Below, one piece after another: positions 25,420 to 38,840 of a stretch of 64,000 nt of DNA. The stretch's first letter is position 1; the number at the start of each line of letters is the position of its first letter. The stretch lies in contig NC_081355.1 of assembly GCF_030684315.1 (NCBI RefSeq), positions 29,723,316 through 29,787,315 of the forward strand. Direction: 5' to 3'. The stretch comes from Stegostoma tigrinum (taxonomy: Eukaryota). The notes under the pieces were generated by a model. The model was not told where the DNA came from. It searched no databases and saw only the letters and a list, made by a program, of their open reading frames with translations. Both the position numbers and the translations under genes were made by a program.

Positions 25420-26412
25420 GGTACAGGAAGGCTCATGCAATGTTGGCCCTTAGTTCAAGGGGGGTTGGAGTATTAAGAGTAGGAAAGAGTAGGGAGTAGG
25501 GTGGTATGGTGGCTCAGAACTTAGTACTGCTGCCTCACAGCACCAGGGATCTAGATTCAATTCCACCCTCAGGAGATTGTCTGTGTGGAGCTTGCACATT
25601 CTCCCTGTGTCTGCGTGGGTTTTCTCCAGGTGCTCTGGTTTCCTTCAACGGCATAAAGGTGTGCAGGCTAAGTGGATTGGCCAAGCTAAATTACCCATAG
25701 TGTTTGGGGATGTGTAGATTAGGTGGGTTACGGGGAATGGGTCTGGGTGGGATGTTTTGAGGGTCAGTGTAGGCTTGTTGGGCTAAAGGGCCTGTTTCCA
25801 CATTGTAGGGATTCTATGGTTCTTACTGTAGCTGTACAAAGTGCTGGTGAATCCACATCCAGTCCTAATGTTAACAGTTTTGGTCTCCTTATTTAAGAAA
25901 TATTGTTTCATTGGAGGTAATTCAGACAAGGTTCATGAGGATGATCCCCAGAATGGAGGGATTGTCTTATGAGCAAAGGCTGAAGAAATTGGGGGCCTAC
26001 TCTCTGGAGTTTAGAAGAATGAGAGGAAAGCTCATTCAAACATATAGGCTTCTTAAGGGGCCTGAAAGGGTAAATGCTGAGAGGATATTTCACCCCATGG
26101 GAGAGTCTAGGACTGGAGGGTACAGTCTCAGAATAAAGAGATGTCAATTTAAGACTAAGATGAGGAAGAATTTGTTCTTTCAGAGGATTCATCTTTGGGT
26201 GTCCTTGTCGCACAGGGCTGTAGGGGCAGAGTCCTCGTTAATATTTAAGTCTGAGATAGATTTTTTGATCAGTAAAGGAATCAAGGGTTATGGGGAGAAA
26301 AAGCAACATAGCAGATATGAGGAGTGTCATATCAGGCATGATCCTATTGAATGGCAGCGCAGTCTCGAGAGACTGAATCACCTACTCCTGTTCCTATTTC
26401 TTCTGGTCTCAT
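25420..26412 (+). mobile_element. CR1 LINE 3' fragment interrupted by an HE1-like SINE
   Basis: ORF 25911-26414 QTRFMRMIPRMEGLSYEQRLKKLGAYSLEFRRMRG; CR1 sequence on both sides of 25499-25818. Confidence 0.8.
25499..25818 (+). mobile_element. HE1/V-SINE-like SINE
   Basis: tggtggctcag...gctgcctcacagcaccaggg head, V-domain tctccctgtgtctgcgtgggttttctcc, tail gggcctgtttccac..tgtagggattcta. Confidence 0.8.
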
Positions 26413-26414
26413 AG

Positions 26415-26630
26415 TCCCACAGAAACACATCCCCTGCCCTCACACCCACACTTGCCCAGAAAGACATCACCAACGTGCCACACTCATAGAACGACACCCC
26501 CACATTCCCAGTTAGACACCTCCCACCCTCAGAGACAACTCGCCCCATCCTCACAGAAAGATACACCCATCCTTCCAGAAAGATAGCTCCCACTCTCACG
26601 TAAATACCAACCACCCTGACTGAAATACAC
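26415..26630. repeat. Degenerate minisatellite, about 20-bp period
   Basis: Recurrent cagaaaga(c/t)a...ccca(c/t)cctc units. Confidence 0.5.
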
Positions 26631-27724
26631 AAAAAATGTGTAAAAGCATTACCAACACTGAGTCAGTTCTACCATCCAGTCAGGTCATGGGTAATCTTAA
26701 TCCCACCTGCCCAACTTTGTTCACTAAACCTCAAAACAAAATCTTTGACAAATGAAAAGAAATCTAACTAACTCAGCTTTGGAAGTTTCCACTGATGTAG
26801 CTTGAAACGTTTAGGTGAAGGGTGTTTCAGACTTCTGCTACCCTCCTGGCATGCAGCTAAAATGCTTCTTGACACCACCCCTTATTGGTGCAGCTATAAT
26901 TTTAAGATCATGATAGCTTGTTTTGGGCTCTTGCACCAGAAAGAAATAATTTTCCTCCACCTACTCTAACAAATCCTTTAATTATCTAAAATGATACAAT
27001 CAGATCACCTGTTAAGCTCCTGTATTAATAGGAAAGCTAACACAGTTTCTGCAATCTATATGCACAATGAGGTTTACTGATTACGTTTTTAATAAAAGGT
27101 TGCCCACAACTTAGCTTGATGAATTATTCAACTGTCTCTTCTCAGTGACTTGACAAAGGGAGGGCTTAACTTTTTGAACAATAGGCAACAGCAGTTAGCA
27201 GCAGTAAAAAGGGGGAAAAATGGGGTGACTCAACCTCAAAACTACAAAAAAGGCCACTACATTTTGACTTTGTGAAGCTATTTCCTCAGAGGCCTGTGAA
27301 GGGCCCTGAAAAGTCGATGCTGAAATCTGTTTTCTCCCAACTGATTGACACTTGTGGGTTTTGCCTGAGTAAATACCACAGTCCAAGACTCAGGTATTTG
27401 CTCAGACTGATACCGAAGGATTACCAAAACCATAGCTGGAGGAAAGCAATAAAGATCTTTGTGGTAAAACCCAGCTCTGTCGACTGTCCTGTGCACATAA
27501 CGAGAATTGGAGTAAAAGGAATCTTAAAATACATGTCTGCTTTAAAGGGGACATAAAGGATCTGAAAAAAGATTTATCTGAATAGATATCAGGAGTATCA
27601 ACCTCCTTTTTTTTAATAATTGATAATCTATACTATCACTTACATTCTAAGGCTTTCCCAAGACATTGTTTCCAAAGGCTGAAGAGGTTGAGTCATATCA
27701 TTAAAAGGACTCAATTATAACTTA

Positions 27725-27968
27725 GATAATAAAGTGTGAAGCTGGATGAACACAGCAGGCCAAGCAGCATCTCAGGAGCACAAAAGCTGACGTTTCGGGC
27801 CTAGACCCTTCCAGAACCCTCACCCCATCCCCCTCTCTGATGAAGGGTCTAGGCCCGAAACGTCAGCCTTTGTGCTCCTGAGATGCTGCTTGGCCTGCTG
27901 TGTTCATCCAGCTTTACACTTTATTATCTTGGATTCTCCAGCATCTGCAGTTCCCATTATCACTGATA
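27725..27968. mobile_element. Young fold-back Penelope pLTR insertion with 13-bp TSD
   Basis: Near-perfect arms 27725-27810 and about 27843-27929; TSD caa(t/c)tataactta at 27712-27724 and 27969-27981. Confidence 0.9.
27837..27864 (+). ncRNA. Minimal hammerhead-ribozyme-like motif
   Basis: Identical to 10835-10862. Confidence 0.7.
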
Positions 27969-28549
27969 CAACTATAACTTAAATGAGTTATTAAGAACAG
28001 ATACCATTTTCTTCAATGATTGGTTCTTGCAATGTAACAGCCACTGTAAGCATGTTCTCTGATGTATTTCTACTTGAAATCCTAAATCTACTCTTCCAGA
28101 CCAATGCATTCCTCACTTAGAACAGGAACACAAATTTGTATTTACATAGTGCCTTAGAACTGTAAAATGCTCCAAGGCATTTCACAAGAGCATTATGGAC
28201 AAAATTTGGCCTTGAGCTATTATTAGGGGATATTAAGGGCAGGTAACTAAAGGTTTGTCAAAGATCTAAATTTTAAGAGGCAATGAAAACTTCAGCAGGA
28301 TTTGGAGGAATGCAGAGTTCTTGGAAAACTCTGGAGACAGTTAGGTGAGATAATGAGGGATTCAAACATAAGAACAAGAAAGTTTAAATTTAACACAAAT
28401 TGGACTGAGAATCAAGTTATGCCAGTGAGTTCGATGTGAACATGCAGAAATAACTATTTTGAGAGAGTGAGCCCCCAAATTAGAGTCTGAACACAGAGGC
28501 AATGACTGAGAGGTTTACATGGGTGAAAACTTGGCCCATATTTAGTGAA

Positions 28550-29432
28550 GCTCTATTTCTGTCACGCCACTTGCTTCAGGCCCAGCCTCGCAACTATGTA
28601 CTCAAGTGCTGAACAACTCTTGGTAGTGGACATTGAAGTCTCCCTCAAGAAGTGCAGTCTGCATCCTTCCCAGCCTCAGTGTTTCCTCCAAGTGTTGTTC
28701 AACATGGGGGAGTACAGATTCATCAGCCAAGTGGTGGTGGCAAGTGGCAATCAGCAGGAGGTTTCCTTACCCATGTTTGACCCGATGCCATGTGATTTCA
28801 TGGTGTCCAAAATCAATGCTGACAACCCCTAGAGCAAGCCCTCCCGACTCCCCACTGTGCCACCACCTCTGCTGGGTCTGATCTGCTGATGAGGCAGGAT
28901 ATATCCAAGGACGGTGATGGTGGTTGTAAGGTATGATTCCATAAATATTGCTTTGTCAGACTGTTGCTTGACAGGTTCATGAGACAGCTGTCCCAATTTT
29001 GGCAGTAGCCTCTTCATGTTGTTAAGAAGGACTTTGCAGTATTGACTGGGCTTTCTTTGCTGTTATTGTTACCAGTACCTTAGTCAAAGCTAGGTGGTCT
29101 GTCCGATTTCATTCCTGCTTTTTGAGACTTTCTGGTAGTTGATCAAACTGAGTGGCCTTTTAGGGCTATTTCAGAGGGCGATTAAAAGTCAGCCATATTG
29201 CTGTGGATCTGAAGTCACATGTAGGCCAGTCCAAGTAAGTTTTCCTTCCCTCAAGGCCATTTGCGAACCAAATAGATTTTTATGGTAGTCGACTGTGGTT
29301 TCTTGGTTATCAGAAAACATTTTATTCCCTTCTTTATTGATTTCAAATTCCATGCGCTGTGATGGAATTCAAGCCCAGATCCCCAGAACAAATCTCTGCA
29401 CTAGTCATCCGCCAACAACACACCATCACCTC
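28550..29432 (-). mobile_element. 5' part of a LINE: tRNA-like head followed by an APE endonuclease N-terminus
   Basis: ORF 28829-29017 LPKLGQLSHEPVKQQSDKAIFMESYL...RPSRGGG; 29170-29432 homologous to the SINE at 50170-50449. Confidence 0.7.
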
Positions 29433-30119
29433 TCTCAAAGTTATTAATATGATCATGAGGTTTTCTGGACTAAAACCCTTTGCTGTCTCTGAGACCAAGC
29501 TTTGTGCAAATTGACTGATGTCTTCCCAATAGTGTGACAGTGATTACACTTCAACTGCTCCTCATTGGTTGTAGAAAGCCCTGAGGTAATGAAAAAGTGC
29601 TGTAGAGATAGAAATCTTTTATGATTGATATCATAATATTTTGCCTGGGTTTAATGTTGAAATTATTATTTTTAAAACAAAGACTGAGTCTCTGGGTAAA
29701 GTTTACTATCAGCTGTGTGCTTTTAATTATAAAACTCACCTAAATGGGATGTTTATGGTTCAGTGGTCATAAGAACTGGCACTGGTGCAGTGTCACATCA
29801 ACAAATTTAAGATGACAGGAAAAATGAAAGTTAAAAGGTTATGTTTTCATGAAGTAACAAGTACTTGCAAAAACAATTGAAGCAAGTTTGGGAAATAAAT
29901 GGCATGAAGGTAAATGCCAATAGTACCATGTACAAAGCAGATAAGAGTCTTGTGGAGATGGTTGAGCTGTGAGCGAACTTGTGTGCACTGCATCATCTAG
30001 ACTACACAGAGTCTGATTTACCTCCCAGTTTCTCACACAGCCTTGTGGACAAGTACAGATTGACCTTTTATCCAAGCAGTGTGATACAGCTAATTGTACA
30101 CTGGTGCACAAAATTAGGT

Positions 30120-30433
30120 TAGAATCCCTACAGTGTGGAAACAGGCCCTAACAGCCCTACAAGTCCACACTGACCCTCAGAGCATCTCGCCCAGACCCAT
30201 CCCCCTGATAACCCAACTAATCTACACATCCCTGAACACGATGGGCAATTTAGTATGGCCAATTCACCTAACCTGCACATCTTTGGACTGTGGGAGGAAA
30301 CCAGAGCACCCGGAGGAAACTTACACAGACATGGGGAGAATGTGCAAATTCCACACAGACAGTTTGAGGCTAGAATCAAAGCCGGGTCCCTGGTGCTGTG
30401 AGGCAGCAGTGCTAACCACTGAGCCACCGTGCC
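30120..30433 (-). mobile_element. HE1/V-SINE-like SINE
   Basis: Reverse strand ggcacggtggctcagtggttagcactgctgcctcacagcaccaggg...cacactgtagggattcta. Confidence 0.85.
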
Positions 30434-30439
30434 TGAAGG

Positions 30440-30820
30440 GTGAGATAATGTACAAGATAATGTATGGTTTAGAAGGGGTGGACGCTAGGAAGTTGTTTCC
30501 GTTGGGCGGGGAGATTAGGACCTGTGGGCACAGCCTTAAAATTAGAGGGGGTAAATTTAAAACGGAAATGAGACGACATTTCTTCAGCCAGAGAGTGGTG
30601 GGCTTGTGGAATTCATTGCCATGGAGTGCAGTGGAGGCCGGGATGTTGGATGCCTTCAAGGCAGAGATCGACAAATTCTTGACCTCAGAAGGAATCAAGG
30701 GCTACGGGAAGAGTCCAGGGAAGTGGTGTTGAAATGCCCATCAGCCATGATTTAAATGGCAGAGTGGACTTGATGGGCCGACTGGCCTTACTTCCACTCC
30801 TATGTCTTATGGTCTTATGG
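30440..30820 (+). mobile_element. Young CR1 3' fragment
   Basis: YKIMYGLEGVDARKLFPL..TCGHSLKIRGG; tail cttatggtcttatgg; near-identical to 43173-43545 reversed. Confidence 0.9.
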
Positions 30821-31942
30821 AAAGAAGAGAGGCCCATGTAACGTCACAAATGAACTGCAAAGGGAACTTCAAGCAACACTCTTCAAAGCATGAAGGGGCA
30901 AGTGAAAAACAGGTTGGACTGTGATGACAAAAACAATGTTTGAGTTGCTGGCACCCAACATAGGTCAATATTAAACAACCATGGAATTAATTCAGAGCAA
31001 GAAGTGAGCTGCAACTGCTGGGTGTTTGTTCTAGTTTCCCAACATCGAACTTGTTTTAGTGAGTTTAAGATGGGAGGCTGAATAATAATGAGGTACGTTG
31101 TGGTGGTAACAAAGTTTTAAACAAGTGTGAACCACTAATATCCCCCTCCCTACCCCTTAATTGGCATCTCCACTGCCTAGGGAAAAAAATCTTGCCATGT
31201 TGCTTGTGAAAAAGCATAAAAGATGGTGCGAGGTCATCTGATATCAAGATGGGCCTCACCCACACTTCTCATCTAATTCTGCCATATATCTTGTCATAAG
31301 CCATGTTATGCTGGCCCCAGTAGGTTTTGGGCAAAGTTGTCTCCCTGCTACCGTTCTTCCTCACGTCATGCCTCTTGAAATGTCATTGGCACAGATGGTG
31401 TCCTCAACAGAAAGGCATAATGCACACTCCCACAGAGATAGGCATTAGCCTGAATGATTCTACACTGCAGCTGAGCTATTTTGTCTAAAATGAGGTTACA
31501 AAGTGGACCCTTTGGGTCATTAGGAGAACACTGTGGTGTTTGATACAAATTGCACATTGAGTGTTGAAGATCCAATAACCATTGGGAAGATGAGTATTTC
31601 AGTAAAACTCACTCACTGTTGTCTCACTTTGCTGTTCCTGATCAGGAGTGAAAGGTGATACTGACCCAGCTGAACAATTCATTGGTGACCACCTTGCTGT
31701 GTCAGTGGACAGTAAACAGCCAATGTAGATATCAACATTATTAGCCTGAACAAGCTTAAGATTTCAAAAACCACATCTATAATTTGAAGAAGTGAGAGCT
31801 GTGGGTAGCCTGATATGTTTGACGCAAATTTCAAATTGATCTTCATGCAGGTATTTTTCTGTCACAGTCTCTGCTCAGGAGCCTCCATTTTCTTTTCCAC
31901 TGTCTGGTATGATCAACATATTATGTAGGAGTGCCTCCTTAC

Positions 31943-32490
31943 TAGAACATAGGAACATAGGTAGGCCACTTAGGCCCTCCAATCCAACATTCAATGAGAT
32001 CACGGCTGTTCTGTGTCCTAACTCCACATACCTGCCTTTGGCCCATATCTCTTAATAGCTTTACTTAACAAAAATTTGTCTATCTCATATATAAAACTAA
32101 TAACTGATCAAGCATCCACTGCCTTTTGTGGAAGAGCATTCCAAACATTTACCACCCTTCTCCTGAACTGTCTGGCCCTAATTCTTAGGCAATGCCCCCT
32201 GGTTCTGGAATTCCTGACCAATTGAAATAGTCTATCTATCCTGTCTTCCTGTTAACATTTCAAAGTCTTTGATTCGATCACCCCTTAACCTTCTAAAATT
32301 TAGAGAAGACAGGCCTTGTTTTGGTAATCTCTCCTCATAGCAACTCCTGAAGTCCTGGTATCGTTTGTGTAAACCTAAGTTGTAATGTCTCCAAGAGTAA
32401 GGCCTTGTTAAGGTGTGGTGCCTGGATCTGTTTGCAGGACTTAAAGTGGGGTCTGACCAGGGTTTTGTACAATTGCAACATAACTTATGC
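31943..32490 (-). mobile_element. Older CR1 3' fragment
   Basis: Tail agaacataggaacatagg; decayed RT C-terminus. Confidence 0.7.
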
Positions 32491-32524
32491 CCTGCCTGCC
32501 ACTGTAGTTAACTCAACTCAGCCA

Positions 32525-32674
32525 CATTAGGGGCATTTAAACAGTCCTTGGATAAGCAGATGGATGATGATGGGATAGTGTAGCGGGATGGGCTTAGATT
32601 AGTTCACAGGTCGGCGCAACATCGAGGGTCGAAGGGCCTGTTCTGCACTGTATTGTTCTATGTTCTATGTTCTA
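32525..32674 (+). mobile_element. CR1 3' UTR/tail fragment (related piece at about 19141-19221)
   Basis: tcacaggtcggcgcaacatcgagggtcgaagggcctg...(gttctat)n shared by both sites. Confidence 0.7.
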
Positions 32675-32739
32675 ACTTTTGAGTCCTCATACACCTATCG
32701 TCTGGAATGTAAAGGCCAGCTGATGGACTCCCTAAGGTG

Positions 32740-32970
32740 CAGAAAGAGGCCTCTCAGCCCATCAAGTCTACACCAACCCTCCAAAGAGCATTTCACCCAA
32801 ATGTAGCCCTCAGTACTATCAATCAGCCCACATTTCCCATGGCTAACCCATACATCTTTGAACTATGGGAGGAAAGCTGTGCATCCAGAGGGAAACCCAC
32901 GCAGACAATCATCTGGAATTGAACTTGGGTCCCTGGTACTGTGAGACAACAGTGCTATTCACTAAGCATC
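32740..32970 (-). mobile_element. Degenerate HE1/V-SINE-like copy
   Basis: tgggaggaaa...ggaaacccacgcagaca...ggaattgaacttgggtccctgg. Confidence 0.55.
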
Positions 32971-33389
32971 TGACATTATTGGCAACCAGTTCCTGATCTA
33001 TCTGGTCTCTTTTTTTTCCGCCTTTAAAAACCTGTTGTGCAGCACTAATTGTAGTCTCTGCACTAGCTGAAGAAACTAGGACAGGAATTTTCATCCCCTC
33101 ACCTTTAGATGAAGGTTCTGACTTTCTCAATACTGCTCCTCCCTTTATGCTTGTTTCACATGATTGAGATTAATATATTTCAGCAGTGATGTGTTATAAA
33201 TACTGGGTTAAATGATAGATCTATTCAAAGCCAGAAATTCAGATAGTTTACTGAAATAGTAAACCACCTTTAAGTACCCAATCTGATCTGTTAATTGCAT
33301 TAGAGCACTATTTGAGCACCTGAGCAGTTTAAATCCATTTTGACCCTCCAGCAGTTTCTTCAGCACTGGGAAAAGAATTTTAACATTTC

Positions 33390-35660
33390 AGTAAGGTCAC
33401 CTCTTATTCTTCTAAACACCAATGAGTATGCACCCAATATACTCAACATCTGCTCATGAGAAAATCTCTCCATACCTGGAAATGAGCTAGTGAACTTCTC
33501 CAGACTACCTCCAATATCTTTCTGCATGTAAAGGGAGCAAAGCTATTCATCGTATACTAAATAGTGCCTTGTATATTTTGACAAAGCTTCCTATTTTTAC
33601 ACTTCACTCTCTTTGAAATAAATGTCAGCATTCCATTTGTCTTCCTTACTAAGTGCTGAATATCTATGCTAGTATTTTGATGATTTGTGTTCAAGGATGC
33701 CCAAGCCCCTTTGTGTTGCAGTTTACCTCATTCTTTCTCCATTTAAATAGTACCCAGCTCTTCCTTTCTTCCTGCCAAACTGAATGACCTCATATTTTCC
33801 CACATTATATTCCACCTGGCAAGTCCTTCCCCGGTCACTGAACCTGTGTTGTCTGTTTGTGTCACCCTCACCGTTTGCTCTGCCGAATATTTTTGTGTCT
33901 TCTGAAAACTTGCCGCAGTAGAGTCACTTTCCTCATACATCTCAATAATAGAATTGGTAAATAATTGTGGCCTCAGAATGGTCCCTGCAACATTCTGCAA
34001 GTTGCAGGTTGCCATCATGAAACCCCCTTATTCCAACTCTCTGTCTCCTATTAGTTAGCCAATCCTCAATCCATGTTAATATACTACCAGAACACTATGG
34101 AATCGTCTCTAATTAAACAGCCTTATGTACATGACCTCACGCCTTCTGAAAATCCACATGTTACATTCCCTCTATTATTTTAGCTACTGTAATGTTTTAC
34201 CTCCAAAAAGAATTCTTGTAAATTTGTCAGGCATGATTTCTCCTTTATGGAGCTACAGTGACTGCTTGCTGAGAAATGTATTTTTAAATGTTTCATTGTT
34301 ACATTCTTTATAATAGAATCCAACATTTTCCTAGTGACACATGTTAAGCTAACTTGCCTAAAGTTATCTGTTTTTTGAGTCCTTTTCTTTATGAATTGGC
34401 AGTTTTCCAATCTCCTGTGACTTTTCTAGAATCTAAGGATTCTTGGAAGGTTACTACCAGCGTATCCATAATGACTGTGGCTACTTTGTTTAAGATCCAA
34501 GGGAGCAACCAATTAGATCCAGGAAATGTATCAGTTTTGAGTTCCATTAGTTTCCCTAGCAATTGTTCTCTAGCAATAATTATTGCAGTTATAGAGTCAT
34601 AGAGTCATAGAGCAGAGAAACAGACCCTTCAGTCCAACCAGTCCATGCAGAACAGAAGCCCAAACTAAACTAGTCCCACCCGCCTGCTCCTGGCCCATGT
34701 CTCTCTAAACCACTCCTATTTGTGTACTAATCCAAAGTCTTTTAAACTTTGCAATTGTACCCACATCCACCACTTCCTCACGAAGGACATTCCACATGCA
34801 AACCACCCTCTGTGTAAAAAAAAGACCCTCATGTCTTTTTTAAATCTCTCTCCTCTCACCTTAAAAATGTATCCCCTTGACTTGAAATCCCCTAACCTAG
34901 GAAAAAGACAATTACCATTATTATTTTATAAACTTCTGTAAGGTTGCCTCTCAAATTCCTATGCTCCAGTGAAAAAAGTCCCAACCTATCCAGCCTTTCT
35001 CTGTATCTCAAACCCTTCCATACCTGGCAACATGCTGGTAAATCTCTTCTGAACCCTTTCCAGCTTAATAATATCCTTCCTATAATTGGGCAACCAGTTC
35101 TGGACACAGTATTCCAGAAGAGACTTCAACAATGTCCTGTACAACCTCAACATGACCTCCCAACTCCTGTACTCAAAGGATTGAGCAATGAAGCCCAGGG
35201 TGGCAAATGCCTTTTTAACCACCTTGTGTATATGTGATGCAAACTCCAAAGAATTATGTACCTGCACCCCTAGATCCCTCTGTTCTACAATACTACCCAA
35301 GGCAGTTTCTTGCTCTCCTTCTTTTGTCTATTGAATATTTAATAATTTTGGAATGTTATTATTGTCGTCTACTGTGAAGACTGATGCAAAATAATTATTC
35401 AACTCCGGTGCCATTTCCTTGTTCCCCACTATCATTTTCTGAGCCTCATTCTCTTGGTGGCATATGTTCCCTTTAGGATTTCTCTCCTTTTATTTGACAT
35501 AAAGAAGCTCTTGCTCTTCGACATGACTTGCACTTTATCATCAAAGTTTATTTTCTGCTTCTTTATTAATTGTTCTAATCACCTTCTTTTTGTTTTTAAA
35601 AACTTTCTCATTCTTCTGGCTAATCTTCGGCATATTGTGCGTTTTCTCTTTCAATTTGAT
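33390..35660 (-). mobile_element. Old CR1 ORF2 remnant containing a nested younger CR1
   Basis: ORF 34180-34410 NFRQVSLTCVTRKMLDSIIK...KSCLTNLQEFF; continues past 35302. Confidence 0.75.
34590..35302 (-). mobile_element. Nested CR1 3' fragment
   Basis: ORF 34986-35300 EQRDLGVQVH...LEYCVQNW...LERVQKRFT; tail (atagagtc)n at 34591-34612. Confidence 0.85.
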
Positions 35661-38377
35661 GCTGTCCACAACTTGTCTACACAACACCAACCTCCTCCCT
35701 CTGCAGACAGCTATCCTGATATGATCTCTGGGCTTCCTAGTCACTCATTTGGGACACCTCACCACCTTTCTTTTACCTTCACCAGCACTTCCATTTGATT
35801 CAGTTCCTCCTTTCTCTCACTCCAGGAGAAAACGCCCCGTAATAGAGACTGAAAGAGCCAGCATTCAGCTCCTCAAATCCCTTGAAGAAAGAATTTGCCC
35901 TTGCCAGCATAACTAGGACCAGTCCTACAGAACTGGTGAAATATCCTCGTTCCAGCATCCATTTAAGGGGCACACTTCATTGTTGTTCTAGTCTCCCAAT
36001 ACTCCCACTGTGAATCTATTGTTAACATGCCAACTTCTACCCAACTTCTTGTCCTGCAGGTACAAGTGGGAGTTCCACAGTTTCTGCAGTCAGGATAATG
36101 GTTCCACAAGACGTCACCTCCTCCACATCTGAAGAAGAGAGGATAGCTGCTTCAGGCAGTAGACCAACAAGGAAGCCCCTTGCTCCTCCATTCCTGCAGA
36201 TTTGTCAGGGTCACTGGACAACTGCCTTCAATCTATGTACCAGCCTCAGCCCCATGGCAGTTCCTGCTGTGGTGGTGTTCCTGTCTCAGGGCAGAGCACA
36301 CTCAGAATATCTGAGCTCTCAAGACACGAAAGTCCCTGGGGCTGCCTGACCAAACTTACAATGCCAACAGGTTCTACTGTAGGTCAGGCCCCTTCTACTC
36401 TAGCTGCAGGATCCAGGATTCCACTAAGATGGAGTGAGAGGGAAAGGAATAAGGTCTACTCAGGACACATTAATGGAACAGGTAACGTGACTATAAATAA
36501 ATTCTCACATTTGTAAATGCATGTTCACATTTCATCAGCTGCATGAATGAATGTCAGCCCAGCAGCAACTACAACACTGAAGGCACAAAGCCCAGCATCC
36601 TTAGTGCTAACCATTGTTTGAAGAATTGAAGTGGAGAATGAATAGCTGTTACCTTGGGTGGTAAGTCGCAGCAATTGCTATGTTGACAATGAGGGGAATT
36701 CTTTCCAGGTTTCCAAACATTGCTTCTGCATCACAGCCATTAATGGGGCTGATTCCTGACACTGCATGATGGGATCAAGAGAGCTTGTGGCAAGCAACAG
36801 GAGATTCACAAAGCACAGAGTGCTCTCAGGTGTGTTTCAGCTTCAGTATGCATGTGTGTGTGTGCCTGTATCAGGCTATTCCCCTTTCACTCAAATTTGA
36901 AACCCCCTCCTTCATAGAATGAAGCCTTTCCCCACACACCCTGGATGTGTTCACAGCCATTTTCATCTCCATTGCACACTTGTCATTTACAGCATGATAG
37001 AAGGTCAGTCACTTACCATTAGCCAACTCCACCACCCAAACCCCCCCACCCCCGCAATGAAATATTTCTTTCTTGGTATCCCTCCCTGTCAACCCTGTAT
37101 ACTTTGAACTTCCCAAAGTCCCAAACCAAACTATCTATCTAAATTTTCATCTGCTCATTTTATCCCTTCACCCTCTGTCTGAGCCCAGACTTACTAAGTA
37201 AACCTGTCAAATCTCATTGTGCATTGTCTCCCTATGAAAGTCAAGGTCCTATCTGGTGTCAATGACTTCCTCTTTTCCCCTTCAATCCTCTACCATCACC
37301 ATACCTTACACATTGATTTGCCTTTCTTCATAATTATATGTCCTTTTGCATCCCAGCTTTCTGCCTCCAACACCCACAACAAAATTCCTCAGCTTCCCTC
37401 TTGCATCATTTGATAATTCAAGTGAGACTATGAGTGGGTAAATCTCCATGGCTTAAGGTGGTCCACTGTCTTGAACAACTAAGCCAGACTTCCCCCAAAA
37501 ATAAGTGACCTTACACCTGACTGATATCTGTCCAGCTTCCCAATTGTCTTCCTGTGACTCCCCAGATTAATTCCACTGAACCAAGAGGCTGGCAGTGGGG
37601 GGCCCATTCCACACAGGGTAGAGATACGGAACCCACAATGACCCCACCCCACATTGACCGTAACTCCCTTGAGCAGCCAACTGGTCATGTCCAAGGGACT
37701 GGACTTATTCTGGAGACTGACCTTGACTTGTTGTGCTAGGAGTCCTGACTGAAAGATAGCTTCCTGGCCTTGATTGAGGAAGGCTCCCTTTGGATTTTAA
37801 GACATTGCCATCTGCTTGAAGTACATGCTGTTTGATTGGGACATATGCACTAGAACACAGCGTATGTGTCACACTGATACGGCACTTTGCTGTACAGCAG
37901 TATGTCCATTCCCTTGACTGATTACTGCTGACAATCATAACAAGCAAGATGGCTTTGTGGTCGAGTGCTACGAGTCTTTAGGCGATGAGAGGGCAAAATG
38001 CCAAGCAGGCAAGTCACTAAGAGGACAAGTGAGGAGCCCTGAGATGCAGCCTGGTCCAATTCATGACGTGGGTACCCATCCCCTTGCTCACACCATCCTT
38101 GCAGTAGCATTGCCAAGTAAAATGCTGGTGTGCAGCACTGAAGTGCAGAACTGCCAAGTAAGTGAATTGGAGATGTGCCAGGAGAATACAGTGAGGCTGG
38201 CACATATCAGAGGCCAAGGCAATTCAATGTGGGGTTTTCCGCCCATGAACCATGCCATGCCCTGAGATGTTGGTGCTGAGCAGATGGTGAACTCTGAAGT
38301 TCACATTGGAAATGCTCAGCGAGTTTCCATCCTATGGGTGGTAGAATGGGAGATTGCATATTAATGAAGCAAAATTA

Positions 38378-38840
38378 GACCATAAGATATAGGAGCAGAA
38401 TTAGGGCATTCAGCCCATCAAGTTTGCTCTGGCATTCGATCATGGCTGTTATATTTCTCAACCCAATTGTCCTGCCTTCTCCGCGTAATTCTTGATCTCC
38501 TCATGGATCAAGAGCTGTGCATCTCTGTCTTAATTATACTCAATGACTTGACCTCCGCAGCCTTCTCTGGCAGTAAGTTCCACGGAATCACCACCTTCCG
38601 GCTGAACAAATTCATCCACATCTCAGTTCTAAAGGGTCACCCCTTTACTCTGAGGCTGTGCCCTTGGGTCCTCATCTCTACTAGTTGTGGAAACATCTTC
38701 TCCACATCCATTCTATCCAGGTCTGTCTGTATCCTATAAATTTCAATCCCCAACATCCTTATAAGCTCCATCAAGTACTGTCCCAAAGTTCTCAACAACT
38801 CCTTGTATAGCAAGCCCTTCAACCCCAGGATCATCTTCGT
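38378..38840 (-). mobile_element. CR1 3' fragment
   Basis: ORF 38637-38834 LDRMDVEKMFP..TQGHSLRVKG; tail gaccataagatatagg. Confidence 0.8.

Noticed and set aside
30133-30732. 199-aa ORF
   Set aside because: Chance fusion of an antisense SINE and a CR1 RT C-terminus
31300-31520. Possible Harbinger transposase remnant
   Set aside because: Translation gave no convincing catalytic motifs
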